From Leidyana gryllorum EB-2025a (lineage: Eukaryota > Protista > Apicomplexa), in NCBI GenBank assembly GCA_048772705.1, contig JBLWGC010000121.1, positions 186,001-250,000 of the forward strand: a stretch of 64,000 nucleotides of DNA, read 5' to 3'. Positions 20,254-31,469 of this stretch are shown one piece after another. The notes below the pieces were generated by a model that was given only the letters and a program-made list of their open reading frames with translations, had not been told where the DNA came from and made no database searches. The translations under genes and the position numbers were made by a program. Numbering within the stretch: position 1 is the first letter of the stretch; each line of letters begins with the position of its first letter.

Positions 20254-23200
20254 ATGCGTGGTCGTGGGAGCGGTTACGATTCTCAGGGATCTTACGGACG
20301 TGGCCGGGGCAGTTATGAGTCTGGTCGTGGGAGTTACGAGTCTGGTCGAGGAGGTGGTTACAGGGGTCGTGGGGGCGGGAGCTACGAGTCTCAAGGTTCG
20401 CGTGGTGGATATGAAGGACAGCCTCCTTTCCGAGGGAGTCATCAGTACGGGAGGGGTTCTCGTAACGACCCAAACACGCCCATTGGTTTCACACCATTGC
20501 CTCTTGACCATTCGCAAGGCGGGAAGATAGTGGAGCCTCAGCGTCGTGGCGGATATCGCGGGAACGAGTTTCGCGGCGGTGGTCGTGGCCAAGGAGCTGC
20601 GCCGATTCACGACCGTTTGGGTCCGGTGGATGTGTGGACAAACCACTTTGCGATAACGTTATCGGAGCAATGTCCGACTGTTTACGAGCACTTGGTGGAG
20701 GTCACTAACGACCGTGACGAGAGAATGATTGTGGAGGTCCGTCGCTACGTCCTGGACATGTTTCTGAAGAATTGTACTGACCACGAGGGACCGTACGCGT
20801 ACGACGGGGATCGCATATTGGTGACACAAAAGAAGATAACGGCGACTGGCGAGATGAAGTTTGGCGTTGGCAAGATGCGTGTTATGGTGACACCGCAAGG
20901 CGCCGGGCTGAACTTCAAGGACCACGCCAAAGTCGATAGCGCCGGGACAGTTGACAAGAAGCGGGAACAATTACTGGACATTGTGATAAAGTCGGCTGCC
21001 AATGTGCACTCGGAACAAGCGGGAGCGAGTCGATTTTTATCGAAGGTTGGGAGAGACAAGTTTATTGAACTGGCCGCGATATCGCCTCCTAACAGAAGGA
21101 GAGAAGCCACGGGATTGAACTTGTGGATGGGTCATTTCCAGGCCGCACAGTACAACACCTATCATTTGTACTCTCGCGCGGACACGGAGATCCGCCCCAG
21201 TCTGATTATCAATGCCTCCGCAGCTCTCGCTGTGGACCAAATGCCCATTGAGAACTTCTTTGAGGGGAAGATGGGCAGAAGTGTCAATCAACTGACCAAT
21301 GATAGATCGCTCCGACGCGAGTTTGATTACCACCTGAAAGGGTTGAGATTCGAACTGACCCATTTCAATCCACCCCGAACCTGCAAGATCGCCGGCATCT
21401 CCGACACCAGTGCCAAGGATCACGTCTTTGAGCACAACGGACAACAAACTGACATGTCTACGTATTTTGAAAAGAAATATAAGATCAAGATCAAGAACCC
21501 CAACCTCCCTCTCCTTATTAGAGCTCCGAAGTCCAAGAACACTCTCCTCCCCTGGGACGTCGTCCGTCTCAAGCGTCAATGCCTCAAGGGGGCCGTCGCG
21601 GACTGGATCAAAAAGATCACCGCTGACACTATGACTATGGAACCCGGACGCCGTTACGAATACATTGAAGACGCTGCCAGAGAGCAGTTCGGCTCCAACG
21701 ATGTCCTCAAAGCCTTTGGGCTCACCATCGACACCCGCGCTATGCTCGTCCATGGCGAGGTCATCCAGCCGCCCGTCCTCAAGTACCTCCAGCCCGGGTC
21801 CAAATCCACACAATCAATGATGCCACACGCCGGCAAGTGGAATTTGATGAATATGGCGTTCACCAGCAGCCCCGGTGTTCAAAACTGGGGTATTCTGGAC
21901 GGAGCCCATATGGAGCAGAAGAAACTCATGAGCTTCTTCAGCAGAATGGAGCGAATGGCCAATCATAAGCTCAATATGAGATTCACAAACGCGCCCCGTT
22001 TTGTCTGGCAGTTCGCCGACGAAACCAAGTTGGATCATTGCAGAACAACTCTCCAACAGTACAAATCGGAGAATAAAAATCTCAATATTCTCTTCATCAT
22101 AATACCAGAGAGGTAAGCCCACTCACTCTTACGCACTCACTCACACACACACTTACTTGCCTTTCAGATCTGTTCATTTGTATAAGGGTGTCAAGAGTCG
22201 TTTTGATGAGATTTGTCCCACACAAGTCTTAGTCCAGTCTCGCGTGCCTATCCTGAACGGCCAGGACAGAGGTGTTGATGGCTTCATCGGCAATGTGTTG
22301 TCGAAGGTCAATATGAAGGTCGGAGGCACCAACCAGGCGATTCTCCATAGCCAAACACATATTCCCGCCGTACAACATCTGCTCGGTGAAGATGGCTGCC
22401 TCATTGGCGCCGATCTCACACATCCGTCCGCCGCCAATCAGCCCTCGGGCGATCGCAGACGCCAACTGCCCTCGCTTTGTGCAATGTGTGTCAGCGTGGA
22501 TAAGGACGGTCTGAAATATGAACACTGCTGGCGCGGTCAAGTTAGGGAACTGGACACTATCACTACCTTCAGTGAGATGTTCACGACCCTTATGGATCGG
22601 CGTTGCCGAAACTACCAGATTGACCAGTGGCCCTCGCGTATCGTGTACCTGCGTGACGGTGTCTCTGATTCGGCGCTCTCCAATATGATCGCCACCGAGG
22701 TGTTGGAGATCACCGAAATCTACGAAAAACGTGGACTGCCCGCTCCGAGAGTCTTGGCTATGGCCGTAAGAAAGCGTCATCAGACGCGTTTCTTCCCCAA
22801 GACCAACGATGTTCGAGCGAACGCGCCACCCGGCACCCTCATCTTTGATAGTCTCACTATCCCTATGACATTGCCCAACTTTTACCTTCTCAGCCACGCC
22901 GGCATCAAGGGAACCTCTCATCCCTGCCGATACATTGTTGTCAAAGACGACTTTAGGGAGACCGACAGCAAGTTAAAGGCGCTTAATAACAAGGAGTTGC
23001 TACAATACTACGCCCACATGGCTTATCAGCTGTGTCACATCTACGGCAGATGTCAGCGTACAGTCTCCATCCCCGCCCCCGTCTACTATGCCCACCTCTG
23101 CGCCGATCGCGCCAGACTGCACATCGATCAAGTTACTCGCAAGACGTTCGGCCTCGGCATCCTCTCGGACGATTCGGGATCCGTTGCTTCCCAAAATCAA

Positions 23201-23311
23201 ATCCCAGAGCCTACGCTCCTGGCCGACGAGATTATCGAGAAATTTATCGATTCTATGAATAGAAAGCTTCGGGAGGTAGAGTCCGGAGCCACTCCCATGT
23301 GCTACGCATGA
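20254..23311 (+). CDS. AGO: Argonaute (AGO clade), 1000 aa; join 20254..22112, 22168..23311
   Basis: RG-rich N-terminus, TNHF, PAZ (LKGLRFELTH, YFEKKY, NPNLPLL), MID (LYKGVK, PTQ, KVNMKVGG), PIWI (GADLTHP, YLRDGVSD, KRHQTRFF, SHAGIKGTSHPCRY, SIPAPVYYAHL); a 55-nt GT-AG intron restores the frame. Confidence 0.97.
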
Positions 23312-23323
23312 GGTTGCACCTTG

Positions 23324-24063
23324 ATGATTTTATTACGCTTCTGTGTCGTGCTCTTGACGGTATCGTCAATCTTTGCTATTTTATGCTTCTCGTGGGAGGA
23401 TACAAGACTATTGGGTGGGCTTCTGATAATAGCGCTAGGAATTGCATCAGTATCTTGCGCCGCCGCGTATGCACAATTGTCCTCAGTATATACAGTCTCC
23501 TTCTGGCCTCTCATCCTCGCTACAGCCGTATGCATATGGGCAGCACTCCAGATGACACACCTCCCTCTATACGGCATGAGACCCACACCCGTAGCCCAGA
23601 TAAATCTAGAATCTAGAATCGGAGATCCGGTTCAGGTAGGCCGCCAAAACACCCTCGACAGTGAGTAAACAAACCTCTCTCCCTCGATCCGCAGCCAATG
23701 TCACCCGAAACCGTCCATACCCTCGCTGCTGTCAGTCACACTGTCGCCCGACGATTCCAAGGCTATGGCGATCCGTTCCGATTCTTGCCTGGTGTCTTAT
23801 CTGTCATACTCCTCGTCCCGGCTTTGGTGTCCCTTCTCATAGTCCATCTTGGGGACTGCTATGCGACACTTAGGCGACAGATTGTGGACGATGAAGCACC
23901 ATCATCAGACACAGTCATCGACGAAGAGGACCCACAGCCATCTGTGGGCAATACTATGGCGCCGTCGCCGCCCCCAATGCGCTCCTTCAGCTTGCCTTTG
24001 GTACGAAAAGAGAGATTCCTGGATCTCAATTGGCTATTTTCGCCCCCCTCTCGGTCGCCTTGA
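23324..24063 (+). CDS. 226-aa four-TM membrane protein; join 23324..23635, 23695..24063
   Basis: Three hydrophobic helices in exon 1 and one in exon 2; phase-0 59-nt GTAGG..GCAG intron joins the two track ORFs. Confidence 0.6.
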
Positions 24064-24119
24064 ACTGAAGTTTGTTTGACAGACACCCTTCGGAGGAGAC
24101 CAACAGAACAGTCGCTCTA

Positions 24120-25815
24120 TCACATGGGGATATCATAATGCTCATGCAGCATTGGGACTGCTCTCCGTTGGAATTGTCCTAAAGCCTTCCACTCTTTGAG
24201 GAAAAGCGATAGGATGACAAGATAAGATCCTAATGCAACAGCCAGAGAGACAGTGCCCAATGAATAGTACATATTCGCCTCGTCAACAGCGGTCTTTAGA
24301 GCCGCTCGTGGATCTTCATCAAACCCAGGAAGCTGGGAGGAGTGACAGAGGTCTTGTGGATCATTGAGTCCCGCTTTTGAATTGGAGGTGAAGAGCGAAA
24401 GAAGCTCTTCCACGTGTGCTAACAGCGGCGAATTCGTAGTCATTAGATGGGCGTTCGCCCCCATACGGCGCAGACCCGCCATCATCGCGTACGGCTCCTC
24501 AACTTCCAACTTGAAGGTTCGCGAAATCGCTCCTCGTTTCTTGTCTGCCGCAGATCCTGCTGTCATAAATTGCGCCGCCAGAAATAACCCCGAGTCGTAA
24601 AACCCGTGACACAATGCCGGCAATGCCAACAAACTCATTAGTTTCCAAATGCCCATTGGACGATATACCATTGTTGCTCCGGACGAAGAAGATCGATGCC
24701 GATCTCCAAGGGGGGGTAATTCACCCGCCTCCTCGCCAGACAGCAAGCTGTAATTCAGACTCGCTGAGGGTAAGGCGTCCATTGCTGGAATTGGAGGTAC
24801 GCCTATCGTTTCACGACGCGCTCTCCTCCAAGCCGATCGTAACAGCTGAGAGATCCAGCTCTTTGGCCGTTCGTCCAACTCAGCCGAACACCGAGGAATG
24901 ATGAAATCCTTCTTGCCGAACAAAGCAGCCGCGTAACCCGTGCACGCGACGTGGAAAGGGATCGCCAGAATTGCTCGGAATATTGAAGTATCAATACCAT
25001 ACTCCAAATCCTCCCGACCAGTCCTCAACGTGTATTTAATGTTCTCCACACACGCGAACCTGCGCAACACAAACAGTAGCAAACTCTAGATTTTCGTCGC
25101 TCTGCGTACCCGCCAGCAGCTGCACAACCGCAGAGGCATACAGCATAAGGTGTCTCCGCAATCCGGAACCACCAACTCTCTGGCAAATACCGCCTCCCTC
25201 TCTGTGCGCATTAAAGGAGACACACACATTTTACTTGGTCTATATCGACAGGTGCCTACCCGAATACGGCTCAATGGAGCAAACTTGGCAACTTCTTCGC
25301 TAAGTCCCACGGCGATAGTAACAACTGCCATTCCGATCATCAACAGCGACGATCGCAAGCCTCACCAATAATGAAGAGAACGTCGCATTGCCATGTGAAC
25401 AATGGGCTCCGCTCACACTGCCATACGGACAGCGTCTGCGTCTGCGCCAAACCTTCTAAAATGGTCGCCAAGCCGATCGAAAGTACACACCTGCGTGCGA
25501 GATCTCCGTCGAACGCCTCTTTCACATCACGCAACTCACCCCGTGAGGAACATCTCGGTGTACAGAGCAACTGGCATGTCGTCCTGATGCCGTAGACGAA
25601 GGCTGGAGGGCCAACAGAAGCATCTTGCGGAGATTCCGTCAGCGGACTCACCCAAAGAGGAGGAGGGCTACGGGCAGTACAGCCAGGTACAGTAAGAGGA
25701 TGCCGCTCAAGCCATCAGTGAAGAACAATGCAACGGCCGAAATGACGGCAATGCTGACTGCCCAAGTGATGGCATTGGCCGACCCATGAAAGTCAGCACT
25801 GCTACACCAGCGCAT
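24120..25815 (-). CDS. PrsW-family intramembrane protease (multi-exon)
   Basis: All four motifs in order: GLSEEVAK, FACVENIKY, RAILAIPFH, CHGFYD; multiple TM helices; start approximate. Confidence 0.8.
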
Positions 25816-25904
25816 CTTATATTTCGGCCTCTGTAGTCTGGTCGGGTCCGTGCTTAGATTTTCATTTGCATGCAACTTGGGGTCGGACCACAGTGTAAAA
25901 AGAG

Positions 25905-27347
25905 TCACACATCACTCAGTCTCTGTATCAGTGCTTGTCGACCCCCAATGCAGTTATATATCCTCTTTTCTGCCAAATTAGGCCAGACTACCTTCCAGGT
26001 TGGATGCTGGCGAATCAAAGCTCGCACACAGTACAATTGGAACGTGGCAGTGCGGGAGCCGTTTCCAGATTCGCATACCACCGCCAGCGGTCGGTTGTCT
26101 CCGTCCAAAGCATCAAAAAGGCTAAAGTCTTCAGAAACAACGCTTTGGTTCAGATCCCAGCACCGTAATAAACGTCGCGTGGCAAAGCACAACTCGTCAA
26201 GTGGCACTTGGAGCATCGATTTATTCCAGGTGAACGGATACGGCTTCGCCCGCACCAGATCTGTGGGGCGGACGTCAATAATCTGCCAGTTATCCGGTGG
26301 ATTCTCATAGGCAAAAAAGCCTTGTCCTTTGGGATCAAAGATGTCTGGCCACTCGATGGAGAGATCGGCTACTAGCGGAGCGTGCGTCTGTGACCCACAA
26401 ACCATTCTGTAGTCTTCCTTCCGACTCTGCAACAGCTGTTCCAGCGTTTGCCCGAAGAAGCCTTGATTTGCGCACGTCCCGCATTCCCCCCGTCCCCTCG
26501 GTATCAGAGAAACGGACTTGTCGGGGAACCGTAAGTCGGTGTAATCGTAGGTGAAATAGTTGTAGAATCGCTGGTCATCCGCAGATATATCTCCAGTGAG
26601 GTAGTGGATTGCCATCATGGCCATCTTCATTCCAATCATTGAAGGCACCGGCCCCAGAACTCCCGCACTCGAACAGTCCTGAGCCGACGACGGCTGATAC
26701 GATCGCAAATGAGCAACGACAGCATCAATGTCTGGCAGAATTAGGGCCGAACAGGGTGGGAAAACGTATCGAGGAGTGGCTTTCTGATCCAACAGACAAC
26801 GATAACAACCCTTCCGACCAGCAATCGATTGATCCCCTTGAAGACCGTAGATCAAAACTTGCCCTTGGAATCGCAAAGCACTCCCCGTCACCACGGGTAA
26901 CTTGAGCAAAGTGCAGACGTCATTGATTGCCAATCTAGTTGGTAGATTATCGGTGCAATCCACCACCAGTTTCGGTCCCTGGGTATAGGCGGCAAGCGCT
27001 CGCAGCTCACTCAGAACCAGTGGTGAAGTGGGAAAGGGTTCAGATATGGCCTGGAAGTTCCCGTTCGGATTCAAGTCGTTGCATTTCTCAACTGCACATT
27101 CAGCTTTCAATCGTCCCACTTGACTGACCCCATACAGCACCTGCCGATGCAGATTACTGATGGCCACCCGATCGTGATCCACCACTGTGATTCTCCCGAC
27201 GCCGACGCCCGCCAGGTGAGGAATCACTGCTACGCCAAGGCCACCTGCGCCAACTATCACAACCCACGCGTCACCCAGACGCTTCTGCTTGACACCAAAC
27301 GATGGCAGAATTGTCTGACGAGCATAGAGATGGTCGGGAGTTGTCAT
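25905..27347 (-). CDS. UBA4: UBA4/MOCS3 adenylyltransferase-sulfurtransferase (ThiF + rhodanese)
   Basis: YARQ, GAGGLG, SNLHRQ, DCTDN, CYRC, GVLGPV, CGTC, IIDVRP and rhodanese loop VCESGNGS. Confidence 0.9.
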   Translation of the reverse strand: MTTPDHLYARQTILPSFGVKQKRLGDAWVVIVGAGGLGVAVIPHLAGVGVGRITVVDHDRVAISNLHRQVLYGVSQVGRLKAECAVEKCNDLNPNGNFQAISEPFPTSPLVLSELRALAAYTQGPKLVVDCTDNLPTRLAINDVCTLLKLPVVTGSALRFQGQVLIYGLQGDQSIAGRKGCYRCLLDQKATPRYVFPPCSALILPDIDAVVAHLRSYQPSSAQDCSSAGVLGPVPSMIGMKMAMMAIHYLTGDISADDQRFYNYFTYDYTDLRFPDKSVSLIPRGRGECGTCANQGFFGQTLEQLLQSRKEDYRMVCGSQTHAPLVADLSIEWPDIFDPKGQGFFAYENPPDNWQIIDVRPTDLVRAKPYPFTWNKSMLQVPLDELCFATRRLLRCWDLNQSVVSEDFSLFDALDGDNRPLAVVCESGNGSRTATFQLYCVRALIRQHPTWKVVWPNLAEKRIYNCIGGRQALIQRLSDV

Positions 27348-27583
27348 CAAGTTTTTTTGTGCAACAATAAATGACAGAGAGCATCTTGATGCATCAAAGT
27401 TAGAAAGTCTTGGCCGATATTTGTGTCTCGCGTGTGCACACACCGCGTGTGTGCTATAACGAGGGGGAGGTGACACTAAGTTTCTCAATACCCTCAAGAA
27501 GTGATTGTAGTTTTTTACCTCGTCCTCTCTGCTTGTCTGCCTCTGACCAACGATCGACGAACAGTATTATTTTGACGGACACA

Positions 27584-29007
27584 ATGAAGAAGCAGTCGTC
27601 TTTGTCCACTAATCACACTGCACCCAGAGACTCTGAAGATCCCAACCAGAACGAGAAACGTTCTGCCGACCAGGAACAAACTGTGGCAGTGTCTCCCATA
27701 AGGTGGGGATTTCTGACCGCAGGAGCGGCACACGTAAGTAGATCTGGTGTCACGGAGTGAGTTGCGTACTCGTTTCTGTTGTGCAGCTGGCAAATGTGTA
27801 TGGGTCCGGAATGACCTCCGCACATCCCTGGGTCTGCCTGCACGGGTCGGTGAATTTAGTACTCGCCGGTATACTCGGTTTCATAACTCTATGCTGGAAT
27901 AGACGATACAATACGGATTCTTACGTACGACGTGAGCTGATGCGATTTTCACGTAAGTTGTACGGAGGATTTGTGGCATACGTGATGAATGGCTGCAGTG
28001 GCGAGTGGAGTAGCGATGATGGGCCTCATGACGGGTCATTCGGCTCTCCGCATAGCCTACACGAGAGGCCGGAGCCAGGAGGACTTGTGCGAGGATGACA
28101 CGTTCACCCCCTACGGGTGTATGTCGGGGATGTTCATCGGGACACCGTTCTTCTACGCTGTGTTGGGCGTTCTTTGGTTCGTAAGTGGCCGCCGCGAGTC
28201 GACTGGTTGACAATCTGTCGTCTCCCAGGGTTTCTCTTACATTCAATACGTTGCTGTCGTAAACCTGGAGAACTCCCGTCGGACTCAAATTCCACACACG
28301 ACTACTATTGATCAAGAAGTGCAGAATTCTATGGCTACAGGGAACCACCACCGACAACTGCTCGCGCAATGCCGCACTGGCCGCGCGGGTACTACTTATT
28401 ATGCACTCTCGACGAGCTCGGCCCTGGCACTGTGGGCTATGGGAACCGCCCACCTGGATATTCAAACGATTCTCTCGACGGCCGCTATACTCTCCGCAAC
28501 TATGATTTTGGGCGGAGTGGTCTCTCTGGGGTAAGTGGCTGTGAGTCTGTGTATGTGTGTATGTCGGTCGACGAGATGATCTGGGTGTGATCTGGTTTTT
28601 TTCGGTCTCAACTAGTGGTGTTTGTTGCAGAACCCGGAGCAGTTGGATTGCTTTGGGGGTACAGGGAGCGTTGATTGCTGTTGCGGCCGCGGGACTGGCG
28701 TTATCCTTCCGTGATGGTGCTTTTATGTCTACTGGAGTCCGTGTAACGGCAGCAGTGTGTACAATCCTGTTGCAACTGCTGGGTCTGAGCGGGGCGGTAA
28801 GGCTACGTGAAAGAAGGCTAACTTTCTGTTGTTCAGTGGTTGCGATTCCGGCGCGAACGGGAGACAGACCGGAGTCGTCACGAACACGCACAAGAACATT
28901 TCTTCCGAAGCAATCCGAGGGCTCCCGTAGCTGAGCAGGACCCTATGGCTGTATTCACAGCCGCCACAAAGGAGGGGGGATCAGTCAACCCCTCATCGAT
29001 GGTGTAG
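27584..29007 (+). CDS. Multi-exon multipass membrane protein, unknown function
   Basis: Successive hydrophobic exons ending at GTAAGT donors; boundaries approximate. Confidence 0.4.
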
Positions 29008-29151
29008 AACTTTTGTTGATAGATGTGTGTGCGGGGTGATTTAGGTTTGACAATTGTGAACACTGTGGTCAGCGAACGAAGAATGGCACATCGCAACGAC
29101 GATAAAATTCCCAATTCAACAATTCAGCAATCAATAATTTGCGCGCATGGC

Positions 29152-31432
29152 ATGAGCGCAAATCTACCTCCCATGGCCGCCGACCCGCCGAGTAAAGACC
29201 AGTTCCTCCAAGACCTGGCGCGTGTGGTGCCCGCACTTTCACTTCCCTCCATGCGAGGGAATGAAGTGTTGCAACGCATCAACCCTAAACGCCGCCAGTG
29301 GAGACGAGGTGCACGGCCCAATGCGGAAGGCCTTGTCGCCAAATCTCTTCTCCACGCCAACCCCTCTCCGTTCAAACCTCCCAGTGCTTTTCCTGACCTC
29401 ACTGAACTAAATTGGGATGAGGAAGGCACCACTGCCCATTGGCCAGTTGACGACAACGCCGTTTTCTACCGCACGGATCGCCTCCAGCCAAGCGCTGAGA
29501 GCACCAACCGCCGTGGATACTTCGACATCAACATTGTCATGCCTCTGGTCATTCCTGGAGCCGAAATACGCGTCCTCAATGAAGACGGCGAAAACTACTA
29601 TAATTTGGCCACTACTAACCCCGGTACCCATCTACTCTTCGGACGAGAGTCTCGGGCGGCAGTAACTGAACCCTCCACACCTCCCACCGAGGAAACCACT
29701 ACTGCCACCGAAAACGACCGCTTTGTCGTCAAAACGCCTCCAAATGAACCAAGCCCCTACCCCGCGGTCTGTGACGTATGGGCTACCTTCTTGAACACTC
29801 AGCTAGGCGTCATACGCAATGTACGCAGCGGCGAGCAAGCCGTCAAAGTCTGTGAGCTATTCAATGAAGTCTTCACTGCGGATGACCAGCTGACCAACTT
29901 CCTCGTACCCATCACCGTCGACTGCAAGGGAATATATCCGGTGCCCCAAAACAACTCCAACAACAAGCAACAACCGAGCTCAAACAAGTCGGGCTCCTTT
30001 GAAAGATACGAAACACGCGGCACCTTCTTGTCGGATAATGATCGAAAACGCTTCCGTATCATTAGACGCAAGCTCAAGCGCTTTGTCCTGATGCTGTGGG
30101 AAGAATTTGGCATTGAATGCGACGGACACAAGTTCGAAGTTGCCCTCACCGACAACTGCAGGTGAGTCCAAACGCTTCGATCAATCTTATGCCGCACACA
30201 CATGTGTGTGTCTCCTTCCAGAACTGGAGCTCAGAACGCGGTGCGAATCGAAATACGTAGATACGCTCCGCTAACGGATCCGGAGCTCCTCAGACACATA
30301 TGGCGCGACAAGTCGTGGCACGGCGATGGTGCCCGCACTTCAATCGACCACGTAGTTAATTTGCCAGGTCTGCCCGCCATCTCTGCCAGCGCTCGCGTTG
30401 TTCTGAGCGAAGTACGCTTAGAAATGACCCATGCTCGGATGGTGAGTAGCTCTGCTGTTTGCCCTTGTCGAAAGGTCACTCTTCTTCTTTATCTTAGCTC
30501 GACCCTCGCTGGCCCGAACAATGGGTGCTTAGTCGGCGGATGCCAGCGATTGGTGGCGGCAGTGCCAATCCAATGCTGGCTCGACATGTATTCTGTTCAC
30601 GAGTCGAAATGCCCAAGATCGTATACGAGTTTGCCAATCCGCAGAAGACGCTTCTGAAGAGTCGATTTGCCCCTCTGTATCTCCTGACGGACAAAGCTCG
30701 CAAGGAAGAGGAGGCTGAGCGGCAACGGAGCGGCAAGCTGAATGCTTCTGCAATCCCATTCTATCCGCTATCAACGTTGCTCGATAAGTTGGCGGGTGGA
30801 AGTCAGCCAAATGGCTCTCCAGCTCCGCACTCTCCCGCCACCCAGAGTCCGAGACATCAAACACCCGTCCGATTGTCTATTTCTTCACCGCAGACTGCTC
30901 CACGTCCCACGGCATGGGATCGACTGGTCACTTCTGCCACTTTGGCCAATGTTCGCGGCTCAAGCCAAGAGTCTCTGCCGACTAGCAGTTTCTTCTCGTC
31001 TAATCGTTCCAACATGGTGGATCCAATGCTGGGAGGACATGATCCCCTGTTCTATTCTCCTCAAGTGAGCGAGTTTCCCAACACAGCAAACCTTCGCTCG
31101 CCTCGGATTCCTGCCGACCTGTAATTGGCAATCCGAGGAGAGGAAGCGTTTGAACACAAGCGCAGTGCTCGCCACAACGCGTCCCTCCAAACACCCAAGA
31201 ACACCCTCGCTTCAGGCACAAACCTCTGCTGGGAGGCAGATCCCTCTTAATCCCGGTGAGCGGTACATGTAATGGGTGACAACAATTTGGTCGTCCAGAG
31301 CCATGCAAGTTTTACCAAGCCGGGTCGTGTGCCCGAGGCGACACTTGTTACTTCCTCCACCCAGCAGACCCCAAGCTCGAGAGTGCCACGGACGTCCGGA
31401 TGTTGAGTCCCACCAACCCCCTCTATTTCTGA
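29152..31432 (+). CDS. Multi-exon protein with PAM2-like motif and C-terminal CCCH zinc finger
   Basis: KLNASAIPFYP in exon 3; last exon 31299-31432 encodes CKFYQAGSCARGDTCYFLH (C-x7-C-x5-C-x3-H); frame-compatible GT-AG introns. Confidence 0.65.
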
Positions 31433-31469
31433 GTGGGGTGCAGCACCTCGCGTAGACCTGGCCGGTGCC

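Noticed and set aside
20188-23200. Long antisense ORFs over Argonaute (5-prime part of 19483..20646, 21037..21813, 22229..22921)
   Set aside because: Explained by codon bias and RG repeats of the sense gene
23308-23616. ATGA stop/start overlap ORF at the Ago terminus
   Set aside because: The overlapping frame starting at 23324 gives a more coherent TM protein with an in-frame intron; cannot be fully excluded
23668-23698. Apparent 29-nt gap between two separate small genes
   Set aside because: A phase-0 intron 23636-23694 joins them into one CDS, so it was not counted as operon-like spacing
26733-26770. Intron-like stretch in UBA4 (CTAAT...CCAG)
   Set aside because: No frame-preserving GT donor; the ORF reads through
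30100-30165. GHKFE resembling the DXO/Rai1 G-x-KFE motif
   Set aside because: The downstream E-x-D and E-x-K catalytic motifs were not found
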